Position numbers and translations under genes: made by a program. The notes beneath the pieces are model-generated. The model did no database searches and was not told where the DNA came from. It saw nothing but the letters and a program-made list of their open reading frames with translations. A stretch of 64,000 nt of DNA, taken from positions 543,113 to 607,112 of the forward strand of contig JAIVFI010000028.1 of assembly GCA_025558095.1 (NCBI GenBank). Direction: 5' to 3'. Shown piece by piece: positions 1 to 11,680 of this stretch (the stretch's first letter is position 1; the number at the start of each line of letters is the position of its first letter). The DNA comes from Hyaloraphidium curvatum SAG 235-1 (Eukaryota; Fungi; Monoblepharomycota).

Positions 1-406
1 CCATTGACGATGTACCGGTCGTTCTTCTCGTCCATGGAGACCTGCGCGCCGAGCTCGCAGCCAAAGAACTTGGTCGGGTCTGCGGGGGGCGCGCCGGGTC
101 AGCAAGGCCTCTCGACACCGCGCCGGCCGTAGATCCGGCGCGAAACAAAGGACACGCACACGTCGCCGGCCTGTGCAGCGCCTTGGCGATGTCGGACATG
201 TTGGGGATGAGCGTCTTGATGCCGTTGCCGCGGCCCTCGATGGTCCGGGTCAGCCGGGGCATCTTGTAGCGGTAGAACGGGTCATCCCGGTTCGCAATGT
301 TCTGGAAAGGTTGGAAACCGGTCAGATCCGAGGCGGGGAGGGCCCGGTGGGTGCCGGGGGCCGGCCCGCGGCCGGGTCGGGAGGCGGGACCCACGATGGT
401 CGCCAT
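1..406 (-). CDS. TIF5: Translation initiation factor eIF5, 5' part (runs off window start); exons 406-395, 301-160, 79-<1
   Basis: Spliced translation MATI|[47 protein letters not shown]|[27 protein letters not shown] matches the eIF5 N-terminal signature; GT-AG introns 302-394 and 80-159. Confidence 0.95.
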   Translation of the reverse strand, partial: MATIVGPASRPGRGPAPGTHRALPASDLTGFQPFQNIANRDDPFYRYKMPRLTRTIEGRGNGIKTLIPNMSDIAKALHRPATCACPLFRAGSTAGAVSRGLADPARPPQTRPSSLAASSARRSPWTRRTTGTSSM

Positions 407-1218
407 CCTTGCGGTTCCTGCCCTCCTAAGCCGTCAGAATCGAATTCGTCCTATGCGGTCCCGTTTCCTGGCACTTCCGTCCCTCCCCGGCGTCCACAAG
501 CATAAAGCTCCGGTTATCCGTGGCGGTCAAGGTCTGCCCCGGTCGGCGTTCAGGGCGGGCCCCGCAGCTTTCTCTGCCTCGGCGGCGGCGGACGGTAGCG
601 GGCTCCTTTCACGCGTGCGATACTGGGCGCGTCTGCGGGCCGCCAATTCATGAAGCGTCGGACGGGGGTGTGCGGCGGGGTTGCCTCGCTCTGCGGGCCG
701 GGGGGAGTCTGAGGGGCGGCCGGGCGCGGCGGCGGGCGGGCGCACCTGGGTGCTATGTGGGAGGAGGCGCTCGGCACTCGCGGGGTCGCGGCGGTGCGCG
801 GGGGACTCGGAAGAAAAGAGCTCGTGAGTCGTTGGCGGTGGCGGTGGGGTTAGCGGATGTACTGCGTGGGTCGGCTTAGCGATTTCTGGTAGTCACAACG
901 TCGAGAGCAAGTCCGAGAGTCGCAATCCGTCTTCGCGGCTCAAGACACCAGGCAAAGACGGCGGAAGATGGACCATTGGAGTCGGTCGGAAAGAGCAGCT
1001 TAGGCAACGACTCGATCTATGTGCCGGATCACGGCCTCCAACGAACTACCGATCCTACATTGCCAGGAAGACTCAAATCCACGACCATCAGACGTTTCCA
1101 TGATGCAGCGCAACGCGAAGCGTGTCCAGATGGCCCGGGGCCGGAGCCTCGCGGGGCCGAGTCGGTATCTCCGCCCATCGGCTGCTGTCCCGTGTCGGCG
1201 ACCGTTCGAGGCCCGGGC

Positions 1219-1506
1219 TCAAGCGACCTCCCGCCAGCTCTTGTACGGCACCACCCGCCTCGCCTGGGTCCTCCCGGCGGGCACCTCCTCGCAGGGCGGG
1301 CCGTCAAGGGAGAACGGGGCGTACGCGGGGACCAGAAGGCCGCCGCCGGCCGCGGCCGCGTGGAGGGAGTAGAAGTCCGAGGGCGCGGAGCGGGAGGGGA
1401 AGGCGGAGTCCGTGCGGGAGAGGGAGGGGGCGGAGGCGCCGGGGAAGGTGGCGGCGCGGGAGGAGGAGGGCGAGGGGGAGCGGGGGCGCGACGCGTTCTG
1501 GCCCAT
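1219..1506 (-). CDS. Small hypothetical Ser/Pro-rich protein with possible N-myristoylation (MGQNAS)
   Basis: 95-aa ATG ORF with MGxxxS start; no recognised domain. Confidence 0.35.
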   Translation of the reverse strand: MGQNASRPRSPSPSSSRAATFPGASAPSLSRTDSAFPSRSAPSDFYSLHAAAAGGGLLVPAYAPFSLDGPPCEEVPAGRTQARRVVPYKSWREVA

Positions 1507-1981
1507 GGTGTCTGGTTGCGTTCGGGGGGCTGGGTGGAGCAGAGGTGGCTCGGAGGTGCTGCTGCTCGTGTTTGCGATGGCGTTCCGCCGCTTCGAAGAC
1601 CGGGTTTATCTATGTTTCGCGCGGGAATCGAGGAACGGTTCGGGGGGTCCAGGGAAGCTTCCGCCCGAAGGGCCCAGATTTCCCGCCGGAACTCTCGACG
1701 TCACGACCCGATTTCTCACGCGCGGCATCGGCGATGCGCGCCGCGTTGAGTCAAGATATGCGGACGATAACGGAACAGATTGCCGCGGCGTTCGGCGGGG
1801 GTTTTGGGCCCGCATCGGGGGGACAAGGCCACGTATCCGCGGGGGCCGCAGTGCAAGATCTCGAGACAACGCAACTACCAATTGCCACAACGATTGCCAC
1901 CACCGCCCTCCAAGCCACGGGTGCGGAGACACAGCACTGTATCCCCGCTTTGGAACCTCCCTCCCCCGTGCCGCCAAAGTA

Positions 1982-2419
1982 CTACGCCGCCTTGCCGGCC
2001 TTGTCTCCCTTTCCCCCGCCGACGAGCAGGTCCAGCGCGATCAGCACCGTCGCCACCGTCGTCGCCACCGCCGGCGGCTGGATGAAGTGGCCCCACGAGA
2101 CGGCCGCGATGGCCCCCGACGCGAGCAGCGCGGCCACCGTGGCCATGGCGCGGTCCTTCTTGGGGGTGCCGGCCAGCGCGGCGAGCGTGAGGCCCAGGTA
2201 GGCCTCGAACGCGGTGCAGAGGTGGCTGAGGCCTTCGTAGTAGATGTAGTGCGAGCGCGCGGTGCCGAAGTCCTCGAAGGTGTCCTTTGCGAGGGCGACG
2301 AGAGAAGCGTGGCCGTTGCGCGAGGGGGAGCCGGAGAAGACGAGGGTGTGGCCGTACAAGTGCCCGGCCATGGTGAAGAAATGGAGAAAGGAAGCGAATG
2401 CGAGCAGGTAGGAGGGCAT
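1982..2419 (-). CDS. Small integral membrane protein, bacterial LIC_13387-like family
   Basis: MPSYLLAFASFLHFFTMAGHLYG...FGTARSHYIYYEGLS...SWGHFIQPP; about 4 hydrophobic helices; single exon. Confidence 0.6.
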   Translation of the reverse strand: MPSYLLAFASFLHFFTMAGHLYGHTLVFSGSPSRNGHASLVALAKDTFEDFGTARSHYIYYEGLSHLCTAFEAYLGLTLAALAGTPKKDRAMATVAALLASGAIAAVSWGHFIQPPAVATTVATVLIALDLLVGGGKGDKAGKAA

Positions 2420-2519
2420 TTTCGCGCGCTTCCGCGGGGCAGTTCGCGGGCAACGTAATGCAGCGGGCGCGGCGGGCCGCACGGCCCCCCGACCCCACCT
2501 TCGTCGCCACCCTCTCGCG

Positions 2520-3233
2520 ATGCCCGGTCCTCTGCTCCCCGCCGAGCTCGTCCTGATGATCATGCACATCCTCGCCGGTGGCCGCCGCCGCCGCACGCTC
2601 CTCGCCCTCTCCCGCGCGTGCCGCTCGTTCTACGCGCTCGGGATGCCCGCGCTGCTCCGCCGCATCGACGTGCACGCGGGGAACCTCGGCGCGGTGGCAA
2701 ACAGGGTCAAGTGGACGCGGCCCAGGAGGAGGTCGCTCGAGGCGCCGAGCCCCATGCTGGACGAGCTGGGCGCGGTGCGCGAGGTGTCGGTCGCGCTCGC
2801 GGACGTCGACCGGTTGGGGATGACCCTCCGAGAGGCGCTCGTCGACATGCGGAACCTGCGGAAGCTCGAAATCGACTGCACCGGCGCGGGTTCGCACGAC
2901 GCGGCCTACGAAGTAATGTCCTGGGTCAAGAAGGCGCTCGCGGAAGTGGCCGTCACCTCGGCGGACGTCAAGACCGTCCAATACATGCTCCAGCACTGCA
3001 GCAAGTGGAAAGGAACCGGCCTCTTGGTGTTCGACCCCGCCGATCCCCCCTCGTTCGGGAGCCGCGAGACCGTCAGGAGTCTCAAGCCGCACTCCGCTCC
3101 CAAGACCAAGCGCCGCGGATGGAAGGTCGAGATCCGCGGGCTCGTGGATTGCAGGGCCGGAGGAGGTTGGAACCTCAAGCGGCAGCGCAAGTACTGGGCG
3201 GCGTACGGGCACGGCGCGTCGGTGGTGCCGTGA
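2520..3233 (+). CDS. F-box-like protein (paralog A)
   Basis: N-terminal LPAELVLMI...TLLALSRACRSFYALGMPALLRRI F-box-like motif; clear paralog at 7550-8275. Confidence 0.7.
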   Translation: MPGPLLPAELVLMIMHILAGGRRRRTLLALSRACRSFYALGMPALLRRIDVHAGNLGAVANRVKWTRPRRRSLEAPSPMLDELGAVREVSVALADVDRLGMTLREALVDMRNLRKLEIDCTGAGSHDAAYEVMSWVKKALAEVAVTSADVKTVQYMLQHCSKWKGTGLLVFDPADPPSFGSRETVRSLKPHSAPKTKRRGWKVEIRGLVDCRAGGGWNLKRQRKYWAAYGHGASVVP

Positions 3234-3379
3234 GCGGCGGACGGCGGGCTTCGGGCGCGGCGTCAGAATGCCACTAGTCCTGCTGAGGACCATACCGCGA
3301 GCAAACAGCTCGAAATGAGACGAGATCCCTCCCTAGCACGGGCTCCCAACTCCCACGCGACATCCTGCGCCGCCCGCCC

Positions 3380-4255
3380 TCACGCCTTCCTCAACGGGAT
3401 CCTCAGGCTCCCCAACCCCACGCTCACCCCGTCCTTGCTCACATTCACCCTCATGTTCCCCATCTGCTTGCTCATCGTCGCCCCGCCCTTGGCCACGTGC
3501 ACCTGCGTGCCCGGCGCCACGTCCACCACCGCCCTCGGCCCCCCGGAGCCGACGTAGATGTCCGTGTTGGGCGAGACTTCGACCTTGGCGGTGGCGCTGG
3601 TCGAGAGGCCGTCCTCGGTGAGGCGGACGCCGCCGACGAGGGTGGTCTTGTCGTTGACCTGGAAACGCGGGGTCAGATGCCGCCCTCGTACCTCGGCGGC
3701 CACCAACCTGCACTGCCTGGTAGTTCTGGACCGAGGGGCCGTTGGTCCCCACGGTCACCGACGTCCCGTTGTTCCCGACCCCCTTTGTGACGCTCGCTGA
3801 CGGTCCGCTGCCATCGACGCCCCTTAGCCGCCCTCCCTCCCCGATGGGACGCCTCCAACCCACCCCGGACCCATCCCAACCTGCGCATACGTGTTCCCCG
3901 ACGCCTGCCCCGACCCCGCGACGACCATCGCCCCCGCCACCGGCACAATGCTCGCCTGCTGCACCGGCGGTGCCGCGTACTGCGCCGGCGCGGAGGGGAA
4001 GTCCCACTGCGACTGCCCCGTGGCGGTGTTGACGTAGAACACCTTGCCGGTGGAGTGGTCCGTCTGCGCGAAGAACCCGGGGGGCAGCGCGGGCGGGGCG
4101 GCGGGGGCGGAGGGGTGTTCCCATTGCGATTGGCCGGTGGCGGTGTTGACGAAGAACACCTTGCCGGTGGCGGGGTCGGTCTGCGCGATGAAACCCGGGG
4201 GGAGCGCGGGAGGGGCGGCGGCGCGTGGGGGGAGCGGGGGCTGGGCGGCCGACAT
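3380..4255 (-). CDS. Two WW-like domains plus C-terminal beta-hairpin repeat region; exons 4255-3891, 3807-3708, 3658-3380
   Basis: Two LPPGFxAQTDxxTGKVF(F/Y)VNTATGQSQWxxP repeats; introns GTATGC..CAG (3808-3890) and GTTGGT..CTGAC..CAG (3659-3707) keep the frame. Confidence 0.8.
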
Positions 4256-4581
4256 GCCGGTCGGTGCGGGGCGGCCGCCGGAGCGGAGGAGGAGGGAAGG
4301 GAGAAAAGGCGGAGGAGAAAGGCGGAGATTCGAGGTGGGAGCAGGGAGTGATTGAGGCTCCGTGCCGGAGGGACCAGCAGGGAGCAGGGGGTAGCCCAGT
4401 GGCCGACGCGTTGTCGGCATCCCCCGTTTCTCAATCCGATCACGTCCGTTCTTCCATCGATTCCGGGCTCTGCTGGTTGGATCCCGAGCTCCGGGCTATT
4501 CGCTCGGCTGATGCGCTCTGCTCGCGGCCGCGGACCGTCGACTCACCGGTCGCCCCGTCACCCACCAATCACGGACCCACC

Positions 4582-5582
4582 ATGGCCCTCCCCGAAGAAG
4601 TCGCCGCCTTCGCCACCCCCGTCTCCCTCCCCCACGCCATGAACTCCCCTCCGACCGCCGTCTGCGTGCTCCGCGGCGACGCGGGCGTCTCGGGCACCGT
4701 CTCGTTCGCTCAGGAGGGCGACGGCGTGCGGGTCGAGTACGAGGTGCAGGGGCTCAAGGCGGGTCTCCGCTCGTTCCTGCGGTTGGAAAGACCGTGCTGA
4801 AGCGGCGAGGCAGCCGGGCAAGCACGGGTTCCACGTCCACGAGGTGGGCTTCCCCCTCCCTCCGCGCGTACCGCTGACCTGTCCCGCAGTTCGGCGACAA
4901 CACCAACGGATGGTGGGTCCCCTCCCTCTCGCGGTGCACGGATGATTGAGAGATGCGAAGCACGAGCGCGGGGGACCACTACAACCCGTTCGGGAAGGTG
5001 CACGGGGCGCCGGAGGACGAGGAGAGGCATGCCGGTCCGTCTCCTTGCGCGTATCGGGAGACCCAGTTGTGCTGATTGGAGACTAGGTGACCTGGGGAAC
5101 ATCGAGGCGGGGGAGGACGGCAAGGCGAGCGGGGTGATCGTGGACAGGATGGTGCGGCTGGAGGGGGAGCGGAGCGTCGTCGGGTGGGTCGTGGTCGCCC
5201 GCCCCGCCGGAACGCCTGGGGTTTCCGTTCTGGCCGGGGTTGATGCATGCATCCCACAGGCGCACGATGGTGGTCCACGAGAACGAGGACGACCTCGGCA
5301 AGGGCGGCCACGAGCTGAGCAAGAAGACGGGGAACGCCGGGGGGAGGCTCGCGTGCGGGGTGATCGGTGCGTCGTCTCCCCGCGGCCGAGTCGGAACTCA
5401 TGCCGATTTGCGGTCGTTCAACGACGCACAGGGTACCGCGGACCCAGCCAGAGCCAGGGGCAGGGGCAGCAGCAGGCGCTGGCGGGGGCGCTGAAGGCGG
5501 CCCTGCGACGGATGTGGGTCGGGCCGATCACGGCAGATCTGTGGACGGGCTGACGGATCCATGCAGCTTGCAGGTCGCCTGA
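4582..5582 (+). CDS. SOD1: Cu/Zn superoxide dismutase with N- and C-terminal extensions (8 exons)
   Basis: [86 protein letters not shown]; all metal ligands present after splicing. Confidence 0.95.
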
Positions 5583-5723
5583 ACGACATCAATGTCGCAC
5601 TCTTGTTTTCCTTCTTGATCTAGCTTGGCGGACAGTCAGATCTTTGTCGGGATCCTTGCGGTGGACGTCAAGGTCGCAATCGACGACACAGACTCGAGCC
5701 GGCCGGTCCGCAACCACTTGCAG

Positions 5724-6680
5724 TCATCCATCCGAGCTCTGTTGCCCCACCCTTGCCGCATCCGCCCTCCTCCCCGCCCTCTGCTCCGCATCCCTCTCCG
5801 TCGCGAGCACCGGCCCCTCCTTCCAATAGCCCTTCAGATCCGGCAGCCCCCCGTCCTACCCGTCCCTGCTCGCATACACGAGCGTCGATGACCTCCCGTC
5901 CGAGGAGTCGTCGGCCGCGGGGAGGAGCAGCTCCCGCAGCGCGTCGTCGAGCGCGCGCGCCTGTTCCTGGGCGGGGATGCCGCGGGTGTAGTCCGAGGGG
6001 GAGTGCGTGACGCCTACCGCCACGAGACTGTGGAAACTGACGTGCCGTGGGGCAGATGCGGTGGGATGGAGGCGGGCAGGGATGGTGGGGCAGGTGCTCC
6101 GCCGGGGTTGTTCGGCGGGGCGGCGGTGCGCGGCGGGCAGGGGCTCCGATGCGCGGCGGGGAACAGCAGGCTGGCTCTTCGGAACGTCGAGGACGAATGT
6201 GGAGTGGAAGGAGAGGATGTGTTCCGACGGCGCCGCCGAATAGGTATCAGAGTCCGAGTCCAACCCGCAGTCCCTGAAGCTCCCCGCCGCCGGGAGCGGG
6301 CTGCCGCTCCACAGCCCCGGCTTCGGCGCCTCGAAGATGCCCCACAACCCTGAGGAAGAAGGCGAGGGCGCGGCGGGTGCGTGCGGCGGTGCGGGCCGGG
6401 GGGGCTTCCGCGGCGGGGACGCAAGGGAGGGGAAGGGGACCCCGACGTCCCCGTCGCCGGTCGCGCCCCGAAGAGAACGAGAGTCATCGCCCGTCGTGAG
6501 CACTGCGGCCGCCGAGCGGGGGACGAGTTGGGAAACAAAGGAAATGTCGCGGTTCCACCCCGGCCGCGCGGCCGCCGCCTCGTCCCCGGCCCGCGGAGCG
6601 CGCGGGTCGGCGCACCGGCATGCGTCGCGCGAGAGGGAGGCCGAGCGAGAGCGGGCGTGCGGTGCCGGGTCCGCCTGCAT
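5724..6680 (-). pseudogene. PP1-docking disordered protein family member 1 (in-frame TAG at 5856-5858, or C-terminally truncated CDS)
   Basis: RDISFVSQLVP, RRASEP and RHVSFHSLVAVGVTHSPSDYTRG; the family motif LPDLKGYW continues in frame after the TAG to TGA at 5724. Confidence 0.6.
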
Positions 6681-7549
6681 GGGTTGTTGCTGGGGCCGCG
6701 GCGGTGGCGGGCGGAGTTTCGGCCGGCCCGTGAAATCCTACGGAACTGGGGGACGCGGCGGTCGACGGGCGCACCGGGCCGGCCGCCCGCGTCGTCGGCG
6801 TCGATGAGAAGAAGAAGAGGCTCAGAAGTCCGTCGTTCTGCGTCCTTTTCGCGGGGGAGGGCCGACGACCCTGATTTCAGGCTGGGATTTCGACGATTCA
6901 CACGAGCCTGTCGTCATCGGCTACCGTTCCGCGAAGAGGAGCGTCCGAACCCCTCGACCCCCCCGGCAAACAACCCATTGATCACCCAAGAGACACCCCC
7001 GGACGCACCGGGAACGCGGCGATGCGTCCCACCACGTAACGGAGGCCGGCCGAAATCCGTCGGAGAAAGCCACGGGTCCCTCGCCGACCAAAAAGGGCTC
7101 GCCTCACCAGAACGCCGCGGACGCAATCCGCATCGTACCCGTCGCATGTGCTCCCGCGCGTCCTCCTGGTCGCTTTTGGGCTTGCGCCGTGCTCCCGCGC
7201 GCGAGGGGGATGCGTCCGAGGGTCCCGACGGCGGCACCGCCTCCGCGCATCCCCGCCGTCCGAGATCCGTTTGCGCAACCCCCGCTTGCCGCACCGCGAC
7301 CCAAACAAGGTTCCGACATTCAAGGGGAGGAGCGGAGAGAAGGATTGGAAGCGGATGGCGCGGGACGGTTGCGGCGCAGGATGCTGGATTGGGAGTGACA
7401 GGCAGCCTCCTCGGGCGCTCCATTCCTTTTGGCCGCGATCCTAACTCGCCCGCTACAGGTGCACGTCCCCAGAGACATTACATGTTTTCGCCTCGTACTC
7501 TCGTTGTTGCCCAGTGGATCGACGTGCGCTGTGCGCCGCTCGACACCGC

Positions 7550-8275
7550 TCACAGCACCGCGGACGCGCCGTGCCCGTACGCCTCCCAGTAGTTGCTCTG
7601 CTGGTACAGGCTCCACCCCCCCGCGGCCCTGGAGTCCACGAGCCCCCGCATCTCGACCCTCCAGCCGCGGCGCCTCCTGACGGCTCCGGGCGACCGCCGG
7701 AGCCCGCGGACGACCCTGCGGCAGCCGAGGGAGGCTGGGTCGGCGGGATGGAAAACCAGGAGGCACTTTTCAGTGCTTGAGGGGCACTTCGCCAGGTTTT
7801 CGAGAATGAACTGGATGGTCGCGATGTTTGCCGAGGTGACCACGACCTCCTCCAACGGGCTGCTGATCCAAGAGATGGCGGTAAGGGGCGCGTGGTGCAG
7901 CAGCGTTCCCCCGCAGTCGAAATGGAGGTTCTGCAGGTTCCACAGACCAGAAGGAGCGTCGCGGAGGGTCTCCACGCCCGCACTGTCGACGTCCGCCAGC
8001 AGCACCGAAACTTCCGAGACCGCGCCCAGCTCCGCGAACATCGGGCTCAGCGCCTCGAGCGACCTCCGCCACGGCCGCGACCACTTGAGCCGGTTCGCCA
8101 CCGCGTCCAGGTTTCCGGCGTGCACGTCGATGCGGCGGAACAAAAGCGGCATGGCGAGCGTGTAGAACGAACGGCACGCGCGGCACAGTTCCAGGAGCGT
8201 GTGGCGCTGGTGGCGCGCGAGAAGAAGCCTAATGATAGTCAAGACGAGCTCGGCGGGGAGCGTCGGGCCTGGCAT
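7550..8275 (-). CDS. F-box-like protein (paralog B)
   Basis: MPGPTLPAELVLTII...; aligns end to end with 2520-3233, including the terminal AYGHGASxV. Confidence 0.7.
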   Translation of the reverse strand: MPGPTLPAELVLTIIRLLLARHQRHTLLELCRACRSFYTLAMPLLFRRIDVHAGNLDAVANRLKWSRPWRRSLEALSPMFAELGAVSEVSVLLADVDSAGVETLRDAPSGLWNLQNLHFDCGGTLLHHAPLTAISWISSPLEEVVVTSANIATIQFILENLAKCPSSTEKCLLVFHPADPASLGCRRVVRGLRRSPGAVRRRRGWRVEMRGLVDSRAAGGWSLYQQSNYWEAYGHGASAVL

Positions 8276-8521
8276 CGCGCGGGGAGGGCGCGGGGGAGGA
8301 TGTTGTTGACGGGACGCGCATCCCCGACGCCGCTGGATTCGCACCGGTTCCCACCGAGGCAGCGAGCCATTCGGGGAGTCCAAAATGATTCAATTCGAGG
8401 TGAAATCATTCCCACGGATGCTACCGGTGACCTCTCGATCGCCCAAAGGCGAGGCAACCGGCACCTCGTCACTCCCTCCACATCCGCATCGCGGCCCGGT
8501 GGCGAGGCGGCGGCAATCTCG

Positions 8522-9971
8522 TCACTCGGCCTTGCCCGCCCCGGCCTCCTGCACCACCACGTCCTGCTTGTCCACGTCCTGCACGTATCGAACCCCCGCC
8601 TTGCCCTCCTCACCGTACCTGCCGGGAAAAAGACGGTTGAGCCATCGGAGGCGGTGGGGAAGCCAGTGCGCGGGACGCACCAAGTCCCCTCCTTCATCCG
8701 CCGCTTCCGCTCCGCGTTCCACTTCCAGAAGGCTTTGTCGTATCCGAATAGCCAGTCCAGGCCCGGCAAGTAAGCCTGGTAGGAATTCTTAAACGTGATG
8801 TGATGGTGTTCGTGCACCGCGGGCCCGGGCCAGATCAGGGCGTTGTACGGCTCGAAGGGGAGGTCGTAACCTGCGCCGAAAAAGGCGATTCAGTGCCGCG
8901 TTTTGCGCGGGAGAACCGTCTGGGCCTACCACAGTGGATCATATAGCCCATGTACGTCGTGATGGCATAGTAGACCATCTGGCGAGCAAAAGAAGGGGAG
9001 AGGCAAGGAAAACGGAGGAAAGTAGGGCAGAGAGAAGAATCAGAGTCAGGTCGCCCGCTTGAACGGCCCGGGAGGAAGAACCCACACATCCGTGCCACGG
9101 CAGCTTCATCAGCCCCGTGCCCATGAGGTCGGCGAAGCGGGCCTGCAGGATGAGGTCGCCGATCGAGATGTGGTTGGTGACGAGGGGCCGGTTGACAATC
9201 TGCTCGTGGTGGCTGCCCGCGCAGGGTCAGCTCCCGTCACTCGAAGCGCAGTCAGCGGCAGGCCCACAATTTATGGCCTCCTAGACGGCTTTTGGGACCA
9301 GAAGGTCAGCTTGGCAGCGAACCAGGGCCGGAGGGCGACCCACTAGAGCCACGGGGTCTTGTGGATGATCACGTGCATGACGAACAGCACAGTGTCGTCA
9401 ATGTAGATCGCCGCCGCGATCCTCCACCACAGCCCCCAACCCCAACGGAGCTCCGTGTCCCGCGGGTCGACGCCGACGCCGATCTCGCCGCCCTTGAGGA
9501 AGCGGTGCACGTGGTACGACGCCCAGTACATTGGCAGAACGACGAGGAAGAAGCCGACGACGGCCTGCTTCCCAATGAACTTATCCCATTCGTCGGCAAT
9601 GTACTCCTTGGACAGGTTCCGGTGCGGCTGGATCCTGCGGCCCGGAGCGCGGCACGTCAGCCGCTGGGCGGCGTCGCACCGTCGCGGCCGGCAACCGACC
9701 GGTACTGCCGCCACCAGCCCTTCTCCTCGGCAATCTCGAACGTCCAGCATATCGTCACCCCGATTATCTTTCCCCCGCGGGCCGCGTGGTCAGCTCCCCG
9801 CCTCTTCGCCGGACGGCGCCGCAAACAAACCTTCAGCAATATGTACTGCATCAATGTATAGGTCAGCCATTCCCCGAACGTAGGCAGGAGCATGTTGACG
9901 AATGCCATGTGGAAGTCCGAGAGGCGGTCCGCAAGGCCGGGGCCCGAGGAGGGGGAAGTGGCGTTCGCCAT
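8522..9971 (-). CDS. Fatty acid hydroxylase / sterol desaturase superfamily protein (multi-exon, includes a 21-nt micro-exon)
   Basis: Di-iron His boxes HVIIH, HKFHH (built across the micro-exon) and HEHHH; YRIQP, HCGYDLPF and LDWLFG motifs. Confidence 0.85.
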
Positions 9972-10658
9972 GGTGCGCGGCTGGGAGGGGAGTGCGGCGG
10001 CCGTGGGAGAGAGTGCCGACCGGAGTCCGCTGGGAAGAGAGGGGAAGGAAAGGAAGAAGCGGTTTCCGAGCGCGGTCGGGCGGTGCAAGGGGAAAGGAGG
10101 ACGGCGGCCGCGCGGGGAGACAGGCGGGTCCTTCGCCACCTTCTCTGGTGGCCGGATGAGCAACGAGCTAGCTGGGCCTTTGGTCGAAGTCACCACGGGA
10201 TTTCCATCAAGAATGCTCCTATGATGCCAGTGCCGTCTTCCCTTGGCGTCTTCTTGTCTTCTGCTCGTTTGATGGTGCTGCAAGTTTCGAGGATCCCAGC
10301 ACGGAGAAGCAGTATGGCCGCTCGATTGTACCAGAGCGCCTACACAAGATGACACTTTGGATCGTGGAATCAATCTCGGAAGACCTGTAAGCGAGCTCGT
10401 GTGCTAGTTGGTCTTCGGAGGAACGGTTCGAGATCGGGTACGGGTCGCTGAAGAGGCTGCTGGGTCGCTGGCCACGGTGCGTTCGCGGCGTGGGGCGCGG
10501 TGAGGGGCTTCGGGGTGTCGGGTGGTGCTGGGGAGCTTGTGCCCGGGGTGAACGCCGGGTCGTTGTGAGGTCGGATCACAATGATCTTTTTCAGATTGAT
10601 CCTAGGAAGAGGCCACGTACATCCACCCATCGTACCCAGGAATCCCAGCATGTGCCGC

Positions 10659-11364
10659 TCAGACCTGGGAGGTTACGACCTTGGCTACCTTGCCGTCCTT
10701 GATCGTGAACGTGATTTTGAGGTTGATGGTCTTCATCCTGAAGCACAACGACATCATCAAACGCAGGAAGCAATACCGAGCCGCGGAACGCACATGACTT
10801 TGTTCTTGCCGTGGACGGTGGGGACACCTGTGCGGTGATAGGCGTTGTGAGTTCAAGCGCTACCGGGTGGAGTGGAGGAAAGAACCGACCACCCTCCTCC
10901 TTGACCTCAGCATCCCACTCGCCGACGAACGGGTTCTTCTCCAGATAGGCTGCAAGTGGGCGAATAAAATCCGGCGCGGTGCACAGCGGCGGCAGAGAAA
11001 GCGCGGCCTGTATCAGTGCCTGCCCTCGAAACCCGCGGCAACCGCCCTCCGAACCGACTTTTGGCGGCCTCCTTGCCCGTCGCCTTGTCCCGCGGCGTCT
11101 CGAGCACGATGTCTGCGTCCCGGTGGCGAGGGAGATGAGCGGCACCCCGGGCTTTACAACGTCGCGCCCACCGTCGGTCATCAGAGCGACAGCGCCGGCG
11201 ACGTCGCCCTTCTTGCGGGCCGCGAAGTACTTGTTGGCGACCTCGACTGGTCCGGTGGGGCGCGCGCCGGAATGCGCGTCGGTGGCGGGGTCGAAAGGGG
11301 CAGCGAGGAGGGGAGGGTCAGCGGCGCGTCTGGAGCCTTCGTGCGCGCCCGCACCGTCGGTCAT
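10659..11364 (-). CDS. SnoaL/NTF2-like small protein (multi-exon, boundaries approximate)
   Basis: PVEVANKYFAARKKGDVAGAVALMTDDIVLETP...ITFTIKDGKVAKV is the typical NTF2-like pattern. Confidence 0.7.
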
Positions 11365-11680
11365 CGTGAGGCGGCGCTGCTTTGCCGGGCGGAGACGGGC
11401 GGGGTGCTGGTTTTTGGGTTCAGGTCCGAGTTTTCCGGGGTCCTCGCGGGGCGGCACAGGGCGGCACGGGCCTGCCGCATGGCTGGCGCGTGGCGCCAAG
11501 GACGTTGGGGCAACATGCCTTCGGAAGCCACGTCTATCCAGCTGCAATTGATGGTGCAATCCAAACATCCGACCTATTGGGAGACCCGCCGCTTGATACG
11601 CTACAGAACAGGTATCTTTGCGTCGCAGCTCCATTCTCCACCCGCAACCCCAGGCCCCCCCGTCTCACCCCAACACGACA

